Shown here in pieces: positions 27,848-38,786 of a stretch of 64,000 nt of DNA (its first letter is position 1; every line of letters begins with the position of its first letter). A program made the position numbers and the translations under genes. A model generated the notes under the pieces. That model did no database searches, had not been told where the DNA came from, and worked only from the letters and a program-made list of their open reading frames with translations. Source of the stretch: Fidelibacterota bacterium (lineage in GTDB: Bacteria > Fidelibacterota > Fidelibacteria > Fidelibacterales > DSDE01); contig JBJKQR010000001.1 in assembly GCA_046735395.1 (NCBI GenBank), positions 32,001-96,000 on the forward strand, read 5' to 3'.

Positions 27848-30745
27848 ATGAGAATAAGAACAAAGATCATCGGGATGATGTTTCTGGTGACAGCTGTTGC
27901 GCTTCTTCTTTCCTTTCAGATTTCGGACAATATGGCGAACAAGGCCATTGATGACGCCTACTTCAGTAAGCTGGAAGCACTGAAAGCCGCGAAGAGTGAT
28001 CAGATCTCTCTTTATTTTGAAACGCTTGCAAAATCATTACAGAGCTATGCTTCCTCAAAGGATGTCCTGGATCTCTATGATGAACTTGTTCAGTATCATC
28101 ATGATACAAATGTGTCTCCAAAGGGGAATTATGACGTGGAGACGGAAGCCTACCGTGATATCTGGAAGAACGATGGCAGTTACATCACCGATTACTGTGA
28201 GGCACACGGCTATCCGGATATTTATCTCATCTGCGCGGCGCATGGTCATGTCATGTACAGCAGCGCACGCAGATCCGATCTGGGGCAGAATCTGGAATAC
28301 AGTAGCCTGAAGAACAGCGGTCTGGCTCATATCCGTAAGATGGTTCTAAAGAATAATGGCCTGGCCTTTGAGGATTTCCAACCCTATGAACCGCTGGGTG
28401 GAAAGGTTGCTGCATTTATGGGTGTACCTGTCAGGAAGGACGGGCAAACCATCGGTGTTCTTGTCCTGCAGATGAGCAGCGACGGTATAAATGAGATAAT
28501 GAATGAAAGGGCCGGTATGGGAGAGACCGGGGAGAGCTACCTGGCCACACGGGAGGATGATGGCAGCTATACTTTCCGCAGTACCATGCAGACTATGGGA
28601 AACGGTAAATATGTCATCGGAGCCAGCATCCCGCCTCCGGCATACTGGGAGGAGGCCTTCAAAACCGGGAAGGAAAACAGCGGCATTTACGAGGACAGCG
28701 CCGGAAACGAGGTTGTGGTGTCCTATACTCCGCTGAATGTATATGGCCGGGCCTGGGCTCTCTTCACAAAGATGGATATGAGTGAAATCGATATTCCCAT
28801 TATTCATTTACGAAATACTCTTTTCAAGGTGATCCTGCTCTTTATCATCCTCGCTGCCGCCATTGCCTGGTTTTTCGGATCCTCCATTTCAAAAGGAATT
28901 CACAGAGTCCTGGAAAAAATATACGAGACTATTCGTCAGGTGATTGAGGGTCATCTGAACATTCAGGCGGATAAAAGTGGTGTGACAGTAGATTTTCGCG
29001 AAATTATTGACGGATTGAATCAGCTGATCCGGACCTATGTGGGGCACCTGGACAATATCAATGCTCCGGTCATGATTATTGACCGGGACTATCGGATTCG
29101 GTTCATGAACCGTGCCGGGGCCGCATTGGGAAAAACTACCGGTGATGCTCTCAAGGGCAGCAAATGCTATGATTTCTTCCGGACCGGAGACTGTAATACG
29201 GCTAACTGCGCCTGTAACAGGGCCATGAGCGATGACCGGCCCTCCGCGAGCGAGACCGATGCCCATCCCGGTGACCTTTCTCTGCGTATCGGATACAATG
29301 GAATTCCGGTGAAGAATCAGAGCGGGGAAATTGTCGGTGCACTCGAGGTTGTCATGGATCAGACTGATTCCTGGAAAGCCATGCAGCTGGTGCAGAAACA
29401 GAACCAGTACCAGGGGGTGGAAGTGGAAAAGCTTCTGACCAATCTGGGTAAGGTCGGTGAAGGGAACTTCGAGATACAGACCGATGTGGCCGAGGCAGAT
29501 TCGGATACCTTTGATATCTCCACCAACTTCATCAAAATCAATGAAGGACTGCGGAAAACTGTCGATACACTCGAAGCGATTTCCACCGAATTCAATCAGA
29601 TAGCTGAGGCTGCCGAGCTGGGCCGGCTGACTCACAGAGGAAATTCGGATGCCTATCTGGGACATTATGCCCGAATCGTGGAGATTGTCAATGAAGTGCT
29701 GGATCAGGTCATCAATCCGGTTAATGAATCCATTGCAGTGATGAAGTCCGTGTCTGACCGTGATCTGCGAAGCCGTGTAACGGGGGATTACGCCGGTGAT
29801 CTGGATGATTTCAAGACCTTCATCAATACAGCTATCGAAAATCTTGATATGGCTCTGAATCAGGTCGCCGAGGGTGTAGTCCAGGTTTCATCCGCGTCAG
29901 ATCAAATCAGCAGAGGAAGCCAGAATCTGGCTGAAGGGGCCAATGAACAGGCCTCTTCCCTCGAGGAAATATCTTCCTCCCTGGAACAGATGGCCAGTAT
30001 GACAAATCAGAATGCGGATTATGCAAAACAGGCGAATGGACTCAGCCAGGAAGCAAATGATTTTGCTCTCCAGGGCAATTCGGGAATGAAAAAGATGATG
30101 GAGGCCGTGAACCGGATCAAGGAAAGCAGTGATGAGACGGCAAAAATCGTGAAAACCATTGATGAAATTGCCTTCCAGACAAATCTGCTGGCTCTGAATG
30201 CAGCTGTGGAAGCAGCGCGTGCCGGAGATGCGGGGAAGGGTTTCGCTGTGGTGGCCGAAGAAGTGCGGAATCTAGCTCAAAGGTCAGCCGAAGCCGCGAA
30301 GAATACCTCCGCCATGATTCAGGAATCCGTCGAAAATGCGGATGAAGGCGTGGCCACCAGCCGTGAAGTTGCCGAGCTTCTGGAGCATATTGATGAGAGC
30401 AGCGGCAAGGTCAAGACTCTGGTTGCAGAAATTGCGGCCGCATCCAAGGAGCAGGCTGCGGGAATTGAACAGGTTAATACGGCTGTTGCCCAGTTGAACC
30501 AGGTGACACAGCAGAATGCTGCCAACAGTGAGGAAAGCGCATCCGCCGCCGAAGAGCTGAATTCTCAGGCAGCTCAGCTTACGGATATGGTTCGGAGCTT
30601 TTCTCTGTCTGAAAATAGGGTAGAACAACAGCCTACGGTGAAAAAACAGGTCGAAATGCCCCGTACTCGGCCGGCCATCCGGAAAATTGTAAGCAAACCC
30701 GAGAAAGTCATTTCTCTCGATAATGATGAATTCGGGGATTTCTGA
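27848..30745 (+). CDS. Methyl-accepting chemotaxis protein (Cache sensor, PAS, HAMP, MA domain)
   Basis: [34 protein letters not shown]; two TM segments; C-terminal xFxxF (EFGDF); ATG 27848 after GGAGG. Confidence 0.95.
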   Translation: MRIRTKIIGMMFLVTAVALLLSFQISDNMANKAIDDAYFSKLEALKAAKSDQISLYFETLAKSLQSYASSKDVLDLYDELVQYHHDTNVSPKGNYDVETEAYRDIWKNDGSYITDYCEAHGYPDIYLICAAHGHVMYSSARRSDLGQNLEYSSLKNSGLAHIRKMVLKNNGLAFEDFQPYEPLGGKVAAFMGVPVRKDGQTIGVLVLQMSSDGINEIMNERAGMGETGESYLATREDDGSYTFRSTMQTMGNGKYVIGASIPPPAYWEEAFKTGKENSGIYEDSAGNEVVVSYTPLNVYGRAWALFTKMDMSEIDIPIIHLRNTLFKVILLFIILAAAIAWFFGSSISKGIHRVLEKIYETIRQVIEGHLNIQADKSGVTVDFREIIDGLNQLIRTYVGHLDNINAPVMIIDRDYRIRFMNRAGAALGKTTGDALKGSKCYDFFRTGDCNTANCACNRAMSDDRPSASETDAHPGDLSLRIGYNGIPVKNQSGEIVGALEVVMDQTDSWKAMQLVQKQNQYQGVEVEKLLTNLGKVGEGNFEIQTDVAEADSDTFDISTNFIKINEGLRKTVDTLEAISTEFNQIAEAAELGRLTHRGNSDAYLGHYARIVEIVNEVLDQVINPVNESIAVMKSVSDRDLRSRVTGDYAGDLDDFKTFINTAIENLDMALNQVAEGVVQVSSASDQISRGSQNLAEGANEQASSLEEISSSLEQMASMTNQNADYAKQANGLSQEANDFALQGNSGMKKMMEAVNRIKESSDETAKIVKTIDEIAFQTNLLALNAAVEAARAGDAGKGFAVVAEEVRNLAQRSAEAAKNTSAMIQESVENADEGVATSREVAELLEHIDESSGKVKTLVAEIAAASKEQAAGIEQVNTAVAQLNQVTQQNAANSEESASAAEELNSQAAQLTDMVRSFSLSENRVEQQPTVKKQVEMPRTRPAIRKIVSKPEKVISLDNDEFGDF

Positions 30746-30863
30746 CCGCTCTGTAAACGGAGAGTGACAGAGCTTTATCCTTCCTCTCCGGGGCCTTTCA
30801 GATTGTTTATCCGCGGAAGATTAAATATATTCTGACATGGCCCGTGCAAAAAGTGAAAGATAC

Positions 30864-30894
30864 AAAAAACCCTCTTCCAAGAAAGAGGGTTTTT
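30864..30894 (-). terminator. Rho-independent terminator after tRNA-Leu (possibly bidirectional)
   Basis: AAAAAACCCTCTT...AAGAGGGTTTTT. Confidence 0.75.
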
Positions 30895-30900
30895 CCTGTG

Positions 30901-30984
30901 TACCGAGGGCGGGAGTCGAACCCGCACGAACCGAAGTTCGGTGGATTTTGAGTCCACTGCGTCTGCCAGTTTCACCACCCCGGC
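30901..30984 (-). tRNA. tRNA-Leu(CAA)
   Basis: Reverse complement GCCGGGGTGGTGAAACTGGCAGACGCAGTGGA-CTCAAAA-TCCAC, long variable arm, GGTTCGACTCC, ends CTCGGTA. Confidence 0.95.
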
Positions 30985-31042
30985 TATTTTCAAAAAGCCG
31001 CGGAATTTTTGAATAATATTTACTAATGTCAAGGGAAAAGCG

Positions 31043-32857
31043 TTGGGTATAGAACGATTGAAGAAAGAGACCATTCCTCAGATTTTTCTGGACAGCTGCC
31101 GGAAATGGTCTTCCCGGCCTGCCTACAGTGTGAAACATCGGGGAAGATGGGAAGATCTGAGTTATGGTCAGGTTTATTCTCTGGCCAAGGAAACGGCTAC
31201 GGCGCTCTGGAAGCTGGGGTTCCGCCGGGGTGATGTGATGGCCATTTTGTCCGAAAACCGGCCTGAATGGAACATCTGTGATTTTGCCATCAGCGGAGCG
31301 GGAATGGTGTCAGTACCGGTTTATCCCACACTGACATCGGAGCAGATTCTGTATATTCTGGATCACAGTGAAGCGGGCCTTATTTTTGTGTCGTCCGCTG
31401 AACAGGCCCGTAAAATTATGGATATTCAGCAGACGCTTCCGAAACTTAAATATATGATCGTTTTTGATGAAAATGGAATGCCACAGAACCAGGATTGGAT
31501 TCTGGGCTTCGATGCCTTCAGAGCACTGTCCGAAAAGGAAGCGGCCGCTTTTGTCTATGATTTTGATGCCGAATGCGACAAAAGTGAAGAGGACGACATC
31601 TTTACGATCATTTATACTTCGGGAACAACAGGTGTCCCCAAGGGAGTGATTCTCTCGCAGCGCAACGTGGCCTCCAATGTCGAATCTGCACTGAAGGCAC
31701 TGAGCATTGACGAACAGGATGTATTTCTGTCTTTTCTCCCGCTTTCCCATAGCCTGGAACGTATGGCCGGACATGTTGCGCCCTTCCGTGCCGGATCCCG
31801 TGTCGCCTTTGCCGAAGGTGTAAATGAGGTACAGGATAATCTGCTCGAGATCGGGCCGACCGTGGTCATTTCCGTTCCACGGCTCTTTGAAAAGATTTAC
31901 AGTAAAATACAGCTGGGACTTTCATCCTCATCCGCCCCGAAAAAGAAGGTGTTTTCATGGGCTGTAAAGGTCGGTTCACGGATCAGCAGCAGCTGCAGTC
32001 AGTTCGGACGGCATCCACGGGGATTTCTGGCTCTGAAGGGACGGATCGCTTTCCAACTTGTATTTAAGAAATTGTCCCGGGCTCTCGGTGGAAATATCCG
32101 GTATTTTGTTTCCGGCGGCGCACCGCTGAGCAGAGATATCGGAGAATTTTTCGATGCTGCCGGAATTCCGGTTCTGGAAGGATATGGCCTTACGGAAACG
32201 TCTCCCGTTACAAATGTGAACCGCCTGGAACGCTACAAATTCGGAACGGTGGGGCCTGCTATCGAGGGTGTGGAAATCAGCCTGTCTGATGAGCAGGAAA
32301 TTTGGGTGAAAGGCCCCAATGTTATGAAAGGCTACTTCAGGGATGCCGCTGCGACGGAAGAAGCTTTTTCCGAAGACGGATGGCTGCGGACCGGAGATCT
32401 GGGAGAGATTGATGAGGATGGGTATCTGAAAATTACCGGCCGCATCAAGGATATCATTGTAACATCCGGCGGAAAGAATATTGCTCCGGCACGGACCGAA
32501 CAGGCGCTGAGCCAGAGTCCCTATATCAGTCAGGTTGTGATCATCGGCGACCGGCGCAGCTATCTGACTGCGCTTATTGTGCCCAATCTGGACGAGATCC
32601 GGCAATTAGCCGCCGATAAGCAGATTCAGTACGACAGTGATGAGCAGTTGGTACACCATTTTGAAATTCTGGGTTTTATAGAAAAGGAAGTGGAGGCACA
32701 GCAGCAGAATCTGGCTCGCTTCGAACAGATCAAGAAATTTACGCTCATGTCCCGGGAGTTCAGCATCGAAGAGGGCGAAATGACGCCTTCGCTGAAAATC
32801 CGGCGGGCCATGGTGGAAAATAAGTATTCGGACATCATTGATATCATGTACAGTTAA
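31043..32857 (+). CDS. Long-chain fatty acid-CoA ligase
   Basis: IYTSGTTGVPKG, EGYGLTE, GWLRTGDLG, TPSLKIRR. Confidence 0.93.
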   Translation: MGIERLKKETIPQIFLDSCRKWSSRPAYSVKHRGRWEDLSYGQVYSLAKETATALWKLGFRRGDVMAILSENRPEWNICDFAISGAGMVSVPVYPTLTSEQILYILDHSEAGLIFVSSAEQARKIMDIQQTLPKLKYMIVFDENGMPQNQDWILGFDAFRALSEKEAAAFVYDFDAECDKSEEDDIFTIIYTSGTTGVPKGVILSQRNVASNVESALKALSIDEQDVFLSFLPLSHSLERMAGHVAPFRAGSRVAFAEGVNEVQDNLLEIGPTVVISVPRLFEKIYSKIQLGLSSSSAPKKKVFSWAVKVGSRISSSCSQFGRHPRGFLALKGRIAFQLVFKKLSRALGGNIRYFVSGGAPLSRDIGEFFDAAGIPVLEGYGLTETSPVTNVNRLERYKFGTVGPAIEGVEISLSDEQEIWVKGPNVMKGYFRDAAATEEAFSEDGWLRTGDLGEIDEDGYLKITGRIKDIIVTSGGKNIAPARTEQALSQSPYISQVVIIGDRRSYLTALIVPNLDEIRQLAADKQIQYDSDEQLVHHFEILGFIEKEVEAQQQNLARFEQIKKFTLMSREFSIEEGEMTPSLKIRRAMVENKYSDIIDIMYS

Positions 32858-32871
32858 GAAAGGACGGTATC

Positions 32872-33876
32872 TTGGGCAATTCATACAAGGAAAGCGGCGT
32901 GGATATTGAGGCGGGGGAATCCGCGGTCAGGGCCATCAGGGAAAAAATCCGCTCCACATTTTCAGAGCATGTCCTGAGCGGGATCGGACATTTCGGCGCA
33001 TTCTACGACGCTTCCTTCCATGGCTATCAGAATCCTGTGCTGGTCAGCAGTACGGATGGTGTGGGCACGAAGCTGAAGGTTGCCTTCATGGCTGGTATTC
33101 ATCATACGGTCGGTCAGGATATCGTCAATCACTGCGTGGATGATATTCTCACCTCCGGTGCCCGTCCTCTGTTTTTTCTGGATTATATCGGTACGGGGGT
33201 GCTCAGTCCGGATGTCATTGAGCAGGTCATCGACGGTATGGTGAAGGCCTGTCGTGAAAATTCCTGTTCTCTTATCGGGGGAGAGATGGCCGAGATGCCC
33301 GGGCTCTATCAGGACAAGGAATATGACATCAGCGGAACGATCGTAGGCCTGGTGGAAAGGGAGGATATCATTGACGGGTCGGAGATTCGACCCGGACAGG
33401 TCATGGTGGGGCTGCGCTCAGCCGGCCTGCACACAAACGGATTTTCCCTGGCCCGAAAGGTATTATTTGACAAATATACTCCCGATGCCCATATCGCAGA
33501 ATTCGGTAAAAGCCTGGCTGAAGAGCTTCTGACCGTGCACAAATCCTATCTGCATCCCGTGCAGGCGGTTCTGGAGGAAATTCGGGTTACAGGTATCTCC
33601 CATATTACCGGCGGCGGGATCGTGGGAAACACAAATCGTATTTTCAGGGGAAATGTGGGATATGATATTTTCTGGGACCGTATACCGGGTTTGCCCATAT
33701 TTGATCTGATCCGGAAAACAGGCAGGATTGAAGAAGAGGAAATGCGCAAGGTTTTTAACCTGGGAATCGGTATGATTCTCATCATGGATGAAGATGAGGT
33801 CAATCCGGCCATGGATATTCTGACGGGCATGGGGGAGGATCCGCTGATCATCGGAATGACGAGGGAGGCTGAATGA
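32872..33876 (+). CDS. purM: Phosphoribosylformylglycinamidine cyclo-ligase
   Basis: Y..SGVDI, STDGVGTK, GGEMAEMPG, GLHTNGFSL, HITGGG, VFNLGIG. Confidence 0.97.
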   Translation: MGNSYKESGVDIEAGESAVRAIREKIRSTFSEHVLSGIGHFGAFYDASFHGYQNPVLVSSTDGVGTKLKVAFMAGIHHTVGQDIVNHCVDDILTSGARPLFFLDYIGTGVLSPDVIEQVIDGMVKACRENSCSLIGGEMAEMPGLYQDKEYDISGTIVGLVEREDIIDGSEIRPGQVMVGLRSAGLHTNGFSLARKVLFDKYTPDAHIAEFGKSLAEELLTVHKSYLHPVQAVLEEIRVTGISHITGGGIVGNTNRIFRGNVGYDIFWDRIPGLPIFDLIRKTGRIEEEEMRKVFNLGIGMILIMDEDEVNPAMDILTGMGEDPLIIGMTREAE

Positions 33877-34883
33877 AAATATCCGTAATCGGCGCCGGAT
33901 CGTGGGGTACCACTCTCGGCCTGCATCTTTATGATCTGGGACATTCGGTGAAATTCTGGGAATATGACGCTGACCGGGTTTGGCGCATGAATGAAGACGG
34001 CATCAATGATCTGCTTCCGAACCGTCGGATTCCGAATGATGTCATCACATCCAACCAGCTTTCCGATCTGCTTGTCGATCCGGATCTCATCGTGACCGCT
34101 GTTCCGTCCCATGTCATGAGAAGTACGCTGCAGATTGCAGCTGCTGTGCGTCCTTCTACCCGGCCGCTGATTGTAAATATTTCCAAGGGAATCGAAAATG
34201 ACAGCCTGAAACGGATGAGTGAAGTGATCTCGGAGACCCTGCCCTGGGACTATGAAGCCATCGTGACCCTGTCCGGGCCCAGCCACGCTGAGGAAGTATC
34301 CGAAAAGCTTCCCACCCTGCTGGTGGCGGCGTCGGAGGAGGATTCGGCGGCCCGGCGTGTTCAGGAAGAATTTATGAGCGACCGTCTGCGCATCTACAGT
34401 TCCACGGATCTCATCGGTGTGGAGCTGGGAGGATCCCTGAAAAATGTGATTGCCATCGCCGCGGGAATCTGTGACGGAGTCGGATTCGGCGACAATACGA
34501 AATCGGCCCTGATCATCCGAGGCGCGTTCGAAATCAGCCGACTCGGCCAGGCTCTGGGCGCCCGCAACGAAACCTTTTCGGGATTGAGCGGCATCGGCGA
34601 TCTGATTGTGACGGGAATGAGCCGGCACAGCCGGAATCGTCATGTGGGTGAACAATTGGGACGGGGACGAAAACTTCAGGATATCCTTTCGGAAATGAAA
34701 ATGGTGGCAGAAGGTGTCCATACTGCCAAATCAGCGTATCAGTTCGCAACAAAGGCGGCAGTGGAAATGCCGATTGCCGAAGCGGTCTATCGGGTGCTGT
34801 TTGAAGATGCTGATCCTCTTATGGAAGTGAATACGCTCATGACCCGGGATCCCCGGGAGGAATGGCATTCAGTCAACCGCTGA
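33873..34883 (+). CDS. gpsA: NAD(P)H-dependent glycerol-3-phosphate dehydrogenase
   Basis: GAGSWGT, SKGIE, SGPSHA.EV, KNVIAIA.G, GIGDL..T..S.HSRN. Confidence 0.97.
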   Translation: MKISVIGAGSWGTTLGLHLYDLGHSVKFWEYDADRVWRMNEDGINDLLPNRRIPNDVITSNQLSDLLVDPDLIVTAVPSHVMRSTLQIAAAVRPSTRPLIVNISKGIENDSLKRMSEVISETLPWDYEAIVTLSGPSHAEEVSEKLPTLLVAASEEDSAARRVQEEFMSDRLRIYSSTDLIGVELGGSLKNVIAIAAGICDGVGFGDNTKSALIIRGAFEISRLGQALGARNETFSGLSGIGDLIVTGMSRHSRNRHVGEQLGRGRKLQDILSEMKMVAEGVHTAKSAYQFATKAAVEMPIAEAVYRVLFEDADPLMEVNTLMTRDPREEWHSVNR

Positions 34884-35860
34884 CGAATTATTTCAGAGAC
34901 GAATTTATGATAACTGCAAAGCTGAAAAAGGCTTTGGGGAGATGGCTGCTACCGTGCATGGCCGTTGGCCTGCTCGGCAGCTGTGCGCCACGGCTCATGG
35001 ACAGCTATTCCGGGGTTTATTACCGCTACGATGAACGCTTGAAGGAAAAAGTTCCCTACTCGGGAATTCTTCACGGAAGCGGCCCTCTCGGGTTTCCGGC
35101 ATGGGAAATCGCTTTTTGTCAGGGACAGAAATGCGGAGAATGGAAACAATATGACCAATGGGGCCGGCTGATGTATATTCATCGCTACACTTCGGGCCTG
35201 CCTGACGGACTCTGGGAAAGTTATTATCCTTCCGGAGCCGTGGAAAAACGGGGTCTGTATATCCGTGGCGTAAAGGAAGGGGAATGGAAACTCTGGAATA
35301 AAAAATCTGTCTGTATCGCGGATGTGCCCTATCAATTGGGACAGATAAACGGGAAAACGCGTTTTTATTATGATAACGGGATTCTGCGGGAAGAGACGGA
35401 ATACCTGCTCGGGAAAAAACAGGGCTCCAGCCGGTGCCAGGATGAAGATGGACGCCTGACGACAAGCGGCACTTACAGAGACGGTATGAAGCATGGAATC
35501 TGGATGAGCTTTTATGCGGATGGCTTGCCGAAATCCCGGGAAGAATATGAAAACGGCCGGCCGACAGGCCGCTGGGAACAGTGGTATCCGTCCGGACAGC
35601 TTCTGCGCAGCGCGGGATATCGGAACGGAAAGCTGGAGGGTCCTCTGCGGGAATTTTATTCCAATGCGGAAAAGAAACGGGAGGAGCATTATGAATCCGG
35701 GCTGCGGAACGGTGTCTGCAGCGAGTGGTACCGGAGCGGTGCGATCCGGCAGTTGGGTGAGTACCGGCATGGCCTGCGGAACGGTGAATTTATTTTTTGG
35801 TCAGCAAAGGGTGATACAACACGGATCTGGCATTTCCGGAATGGGGTACAGATTCCCTGA
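34862..35860 (+). CDS. MORN-variant repeat (YwqK-like) lipoprotein
   Basis: Repeated G.W..YY..G.......Y..G units; lipobox LLGSC; true start may be ATG 34907. Confidence 0.85.
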   Translation: MAFSQPLTNYFRDEFMITAKLKKALGRWLLPCMAVGLLGSCAPRLMDSYSGVYYRYDERLKEKVPYSGILHGSGPLGFPAWEIAFCQGQKCGEWKQYDQWGRLMYIHRYTSGLPDGLWESYYPSGAVEKRGLYIRGVKEGEWKLWNKKSVCIADVPYQLGQINGKTRFYYDNGILREETEYLLGKKQGSSRCQDEDGRLTTSGTYRDGMKHGIWMSFYADGLPKSREEYENGRPTGRWEQWYPSGQLLRSAGYRNGKLEGPLREFYSNAEKKREEHYESGLRNGVCSEWYRSGAIRQLGEYRHGLRNGEFIFWSAKGDTTRIWHFRNGVQIP

Positions 35861-35908
35861 CCCGCACTCAGCGGAGAATTAATCCTTATATTGTATATGG
35901 AATAGACA

Positions 35909-37249
35909 ATGTGGAGCATACATTTAAAGGACAGACATGAGATCGTAGGGCTGGCATGGCCCACAATTCTCGGTATGGTGGGCAGCACGCTCATGGGGCT
36001 GGTGGATACGGCAATGGTCGGGCGCCTGTCAGCAGAAGCGCTGGCCGCTGTCGGTCTGGGAAATATGATTATCTGGGCAATCGGATCGCTTGTCAATTCG
36101 GTGAATGTGGGCGTACAGACGGTGAGCGCGCGGCGTTTCGGTGAAGGCCGTTTTTCCGAATGCGGTGAAAGCCTCCACAATGGGATTCTCCTGTCCATCG
36201 TAGCCGGAACCGTATTGACGGCACTGGCCGTATTTTTCCTCCATGATTTTTTTGCGATGATCAATGATGATGCCCGGGTCATAGTTCTGGGTGATGAGTA
36301 TATGATGGTCCGGCTGTACGGCATCCTGCCATCCATGCTGTTCTTCGCGGCCTATGGGTTTTTTAATGGAGTCGGCCACACAAAAGTTCATTTTCAGGTA
36401 TCTCTGATTTCGAATTCCCTGAATATTCTCATCAATTATGCCCTGATTTTCGGGAAATGGGGCTGTCCGGCCATGGGTGTACGCGGCGCCGCAGTAGGGA
36501 CGGTCATCGCAACCTGGATTGCGGCTCTCAACTATTTTATCTGGCTCTTTCACCCCGCAATCCGGCATCGCTTCCACCTTTTCCGCGGAAAGTGGTTCAA
36601 TGTCGTTTTCATGAAACGCATCGTAAATCTGTCCCTGGCCAGCGGGCTTCAGAACTTTTTCGTCCTCATCGGCTTCACTATTTTCATGGTAATTGTGGGA
36701 CGTATCGGAACCATCGAGCTTGCCGCGACGGATATCATCTTCAATATTCTTTCCATTTCCTTCATGCCCGGCCAGGGCTTCGGCCTGGCTGCCGGAACCC
36801 TGGTGGGAAAGTACATGGGCGAGCGGCGTTTCGACAGAGCGCAGGATCTTGCCTGGCAGACCATTCTCATAAATGTGCTCTTCATGGGCAGCATGGGCCT
36901 GATCTTCATTTTCTTTCCACGACAGATCCTGGTTCTTTTCACATCGGAGCCGTCTGTGATCGAAATCGGCAGTATTCCCTTGAGAATTCTGGGTTTTGTT
37001 CAATTCATCGATGCGGTGGGGATGACGCTGATGGGTGCGCTTCGCGGTGCCGGGGATACGGCCTATGTCGCCTATGCTGATACGCTGCTGAACTGGTTTG
37101 TATTTCTGCCCATCACCTGGTTTCTGGGCGTATTCATGAAAATGGGTGTCAATGGAGCCTGGTCCGCATTCATCGTTTACCTCGTTGCCTTTGCGGCTGT
37201 GCTCGGCCGGCGTTTTGTCCGGGGGAAATGGAAATCTATCGTCGTTTAA
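35909..37249 (+). CDS. MATE family efflux transporter
   Basis: LAWP, VDTAMVGRL, GVRGAA.GT, LRGAGDT; about 12 TM segments. Confidence 0.93.
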   Translation: MWSIHLKDRHEIVGLAWPTILGMVGSTLMGLVDTAMVGRLSAEALAAVGLGNMIIWAIGSLVNSVNVGVQTVSARRFGEGRFSECGESLHNGILLSIVAGTVLTALAVFFLHDFFAMINDDARVIVLGDEYMMVRLYGILPSMLFFAAYGFFNGVGHTKVHFQVSLISNSLNILINYALIFGKWGCPAMGVRGAAVGTVIATWIAALNYFIWLFHPAIRHRFHLFRGKWFNVVFMKRIVNLSLASGLQNFFVLIGFTIFMVIVGRIGTIELAATDIIFNILSISFMPGQGFGLAAGTLVGKYMGERRFDRAQDLAWQTILINVLFMGSMGLIFIFFPRQILVLFTSEPSVIEIGSIPLRILGFVQFIDAVGMTLMGALRGAGDTAYVAYADTLLNWFVFLPITWFLGVFMKMGVNGAWSAFIVYLVAFAAVLGRRFVRGKWKSIVV

Positions 37250-37264
37250 CAGGAGGAGGGACCC

Positions 37265-37669
37265 ATGTCATTATTTACAAAAAGCCTGCGTACACGGCAG
37301 CGAAATGAATTTGTGGACATCACCCGGGAAATACAGTCCTGCATCGCGGAATCAAATGTTATCCACGGTCTGGTTACCATCTTTATACCGCATACGACAG
37401 CAGCCGTGACGATCAATGAAAATGCAGATCCGGATGTGCGAAAGGATCTGGGGCATAAACTTTCACTCCTGATTCCCGAACAGGAAGACTTTTACCGCCA
37501 TGCGGAGGGAAACAGCGATGCCCATATGAAATCCAGCCTCTTCGGGCCTTCCCTGACTCTGATTATCGAAAACGGCCGCTGTCTCCTGGGAACCTGGCAG
37601 GGAATCTACTTCTGTGAATTTGATGGCCCAAGAACCCGGTCATATCACGTGAAAATCGTTGAAGGGTAG
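37265..37669 (+). CDS. yjbQ: YjbQ/UPF0047 family protein
   Basis: PHTTAAVTINENADPDV, H.EGNSDAH.K, GTWQGIYFCEFDGPR. Confidence 0.93.
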   Translation: MSLFTKSLRTRQRNEFVDITREIQSCIAESNVIHGLVTIFIPHTTAAVTINENADPDVRKDLGHKLSLLIPEQEDFYRHAEGNSDAHMKSSLFGPSLTLIIENGRCLLGTWQGIYFCEFDGPRTRSYHVKIVEG

Positions 37670-37700
37670 TTGAAGAATCCTTTTCCGGCGAAAGCATGAG

Positions 37701-38759
37701 GTGTTTTATATGTCTGAAATGGAAAAGTACGGATTTAAACGATATTTAGAAAAGATTGCTGAACTGCCCGCGATGGACATCTCTGTCGGACGCGTATTAA
37801 GTGTGCATCGGGACAGTTTCCGGGTCATCACCGAAGGCGGCGAAATCGAGGCCGAACCGGTGGGGCGGCTGCGCCTGTCATCCCGTGAAGAGGACAGCTG
37901 GCCGGTGGTCGGAGACTTTGTGGAGATCCGGGCAGCTGCTGCGGAGTATGGTGTCATTCTGAATGTTCTGCCCCGCTTTGCGCAGCTGAAGCGCCGTAAA
38001 TCCGGATCCGAGTCTGAGAGTCAGCCCATGGCGGCGAATGTGGATACGGCTTATATTGTTGAGGCAGTCGGACAGCAGTTCAGCATGAATCGTATTGAAC
38101 GATTTCATGCCATGTGCCGTGCCGGTCATGTAGAACCCGTTGTCATTATTTCAAAATCGGATCTGATTGCAGAAAGCGAAACGGCAAGCCTGTCTGCGAC
38201 GCTGGCGGACCGTCTGGGTGATATTGAGACTCACATGATCAGTATCATGAACAGGGAATCCATTCAGGAACTGGGAGAAAGGATGTCGTCCGGCCGTACT
38301 TTCTGTCTGCTGGGATTGTCGGGAGCCGGAAAATCCACACTGCTCAATGCACTGGCCGCTAAGGACGTCATGGCCACCGGGGAGTTGAGCAGCCAGACCG
38401 GAAAGGGCCGTCATACCACGACGCACCGTGAACTGTTTCGGCTGGACTCGGGTGCGCTGATCGTGGATAATCCGGGTATTCGTGAACTTGGAATGATTGA
38501 CGTATTTCAGGATTCCTTCCAGCCCTTCCTCGAGGGACTGGAACCCTGCCGCTATACGGACTGTCATCATGTGAATGAACCGGGCTGTGCCGTGCTGGAA
38601 GCGATTGCAGAGGGACGCATCACGCCTGAGGCATATGAGAACTGGCTGAAGCTCTCGCGGGAAAGTGCCCGGGCCCAGAAGGCAATCCATGAACGGCGCC
38701 GTGATGAACGCCGTTTTTCACGAATGGTCAAGAATTATAAGAAGAATTCAGATATATAA
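37701..38759 (+). CDS. rsgA: Ribosome small subunit-dependent GTPase A
   Basis: PVVGD, SKSDL, GLSGAGKSTL, GRHTTT, D.PGIRE, C.Y.DC.H..EPGC. Confidence 0.93.
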   Translation: MFYMSEMEKYGFKRYLEKIAELPAMDISVGRVLSVHRDSFRVITEGGEIEAEPVGRLRLSSREEDSWPVVGDFVEIRAAAAEYGVILNVLPRFAQLKRRKSGSESESQPMAANVDTAYIVEAVGQQFSMNRIERFHAMCRAGHVEPVVIISKSDLIAESETASLSATLADRLGDIETHMISIMNRESIQELGERMSSGRTFCLLGLSGAGKSTLLNALAAKDVMATGELSSQTGKGRHTTTHRELFRLDSGALIVDNPGIRELGMIDVFQDSFQPFLEGLEPCRYTDCHHVNEPGCAVLEAIAEGRITPEAYENWLKLSRESARAQKAIHERRRDERRFSRMVKNYKKNSDI

Positions 38760-38786
38760 TATTTGGGGCAGAAAACTCGCAGCTGC

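Noticed and set aside
27414..30984. Integrative element or prophage at the tRNA genes
   Set aside because: No integrase, phage genes or duplicated tRNA 3' end seen; absence of encoded CCA is common and uninformative
34862..35860. Toxin-antitoxin system implied by YwqK-like repeats
   Set aside because: MORN-variant lipoprotein inside a housekeeping operon with no adjacent toxin
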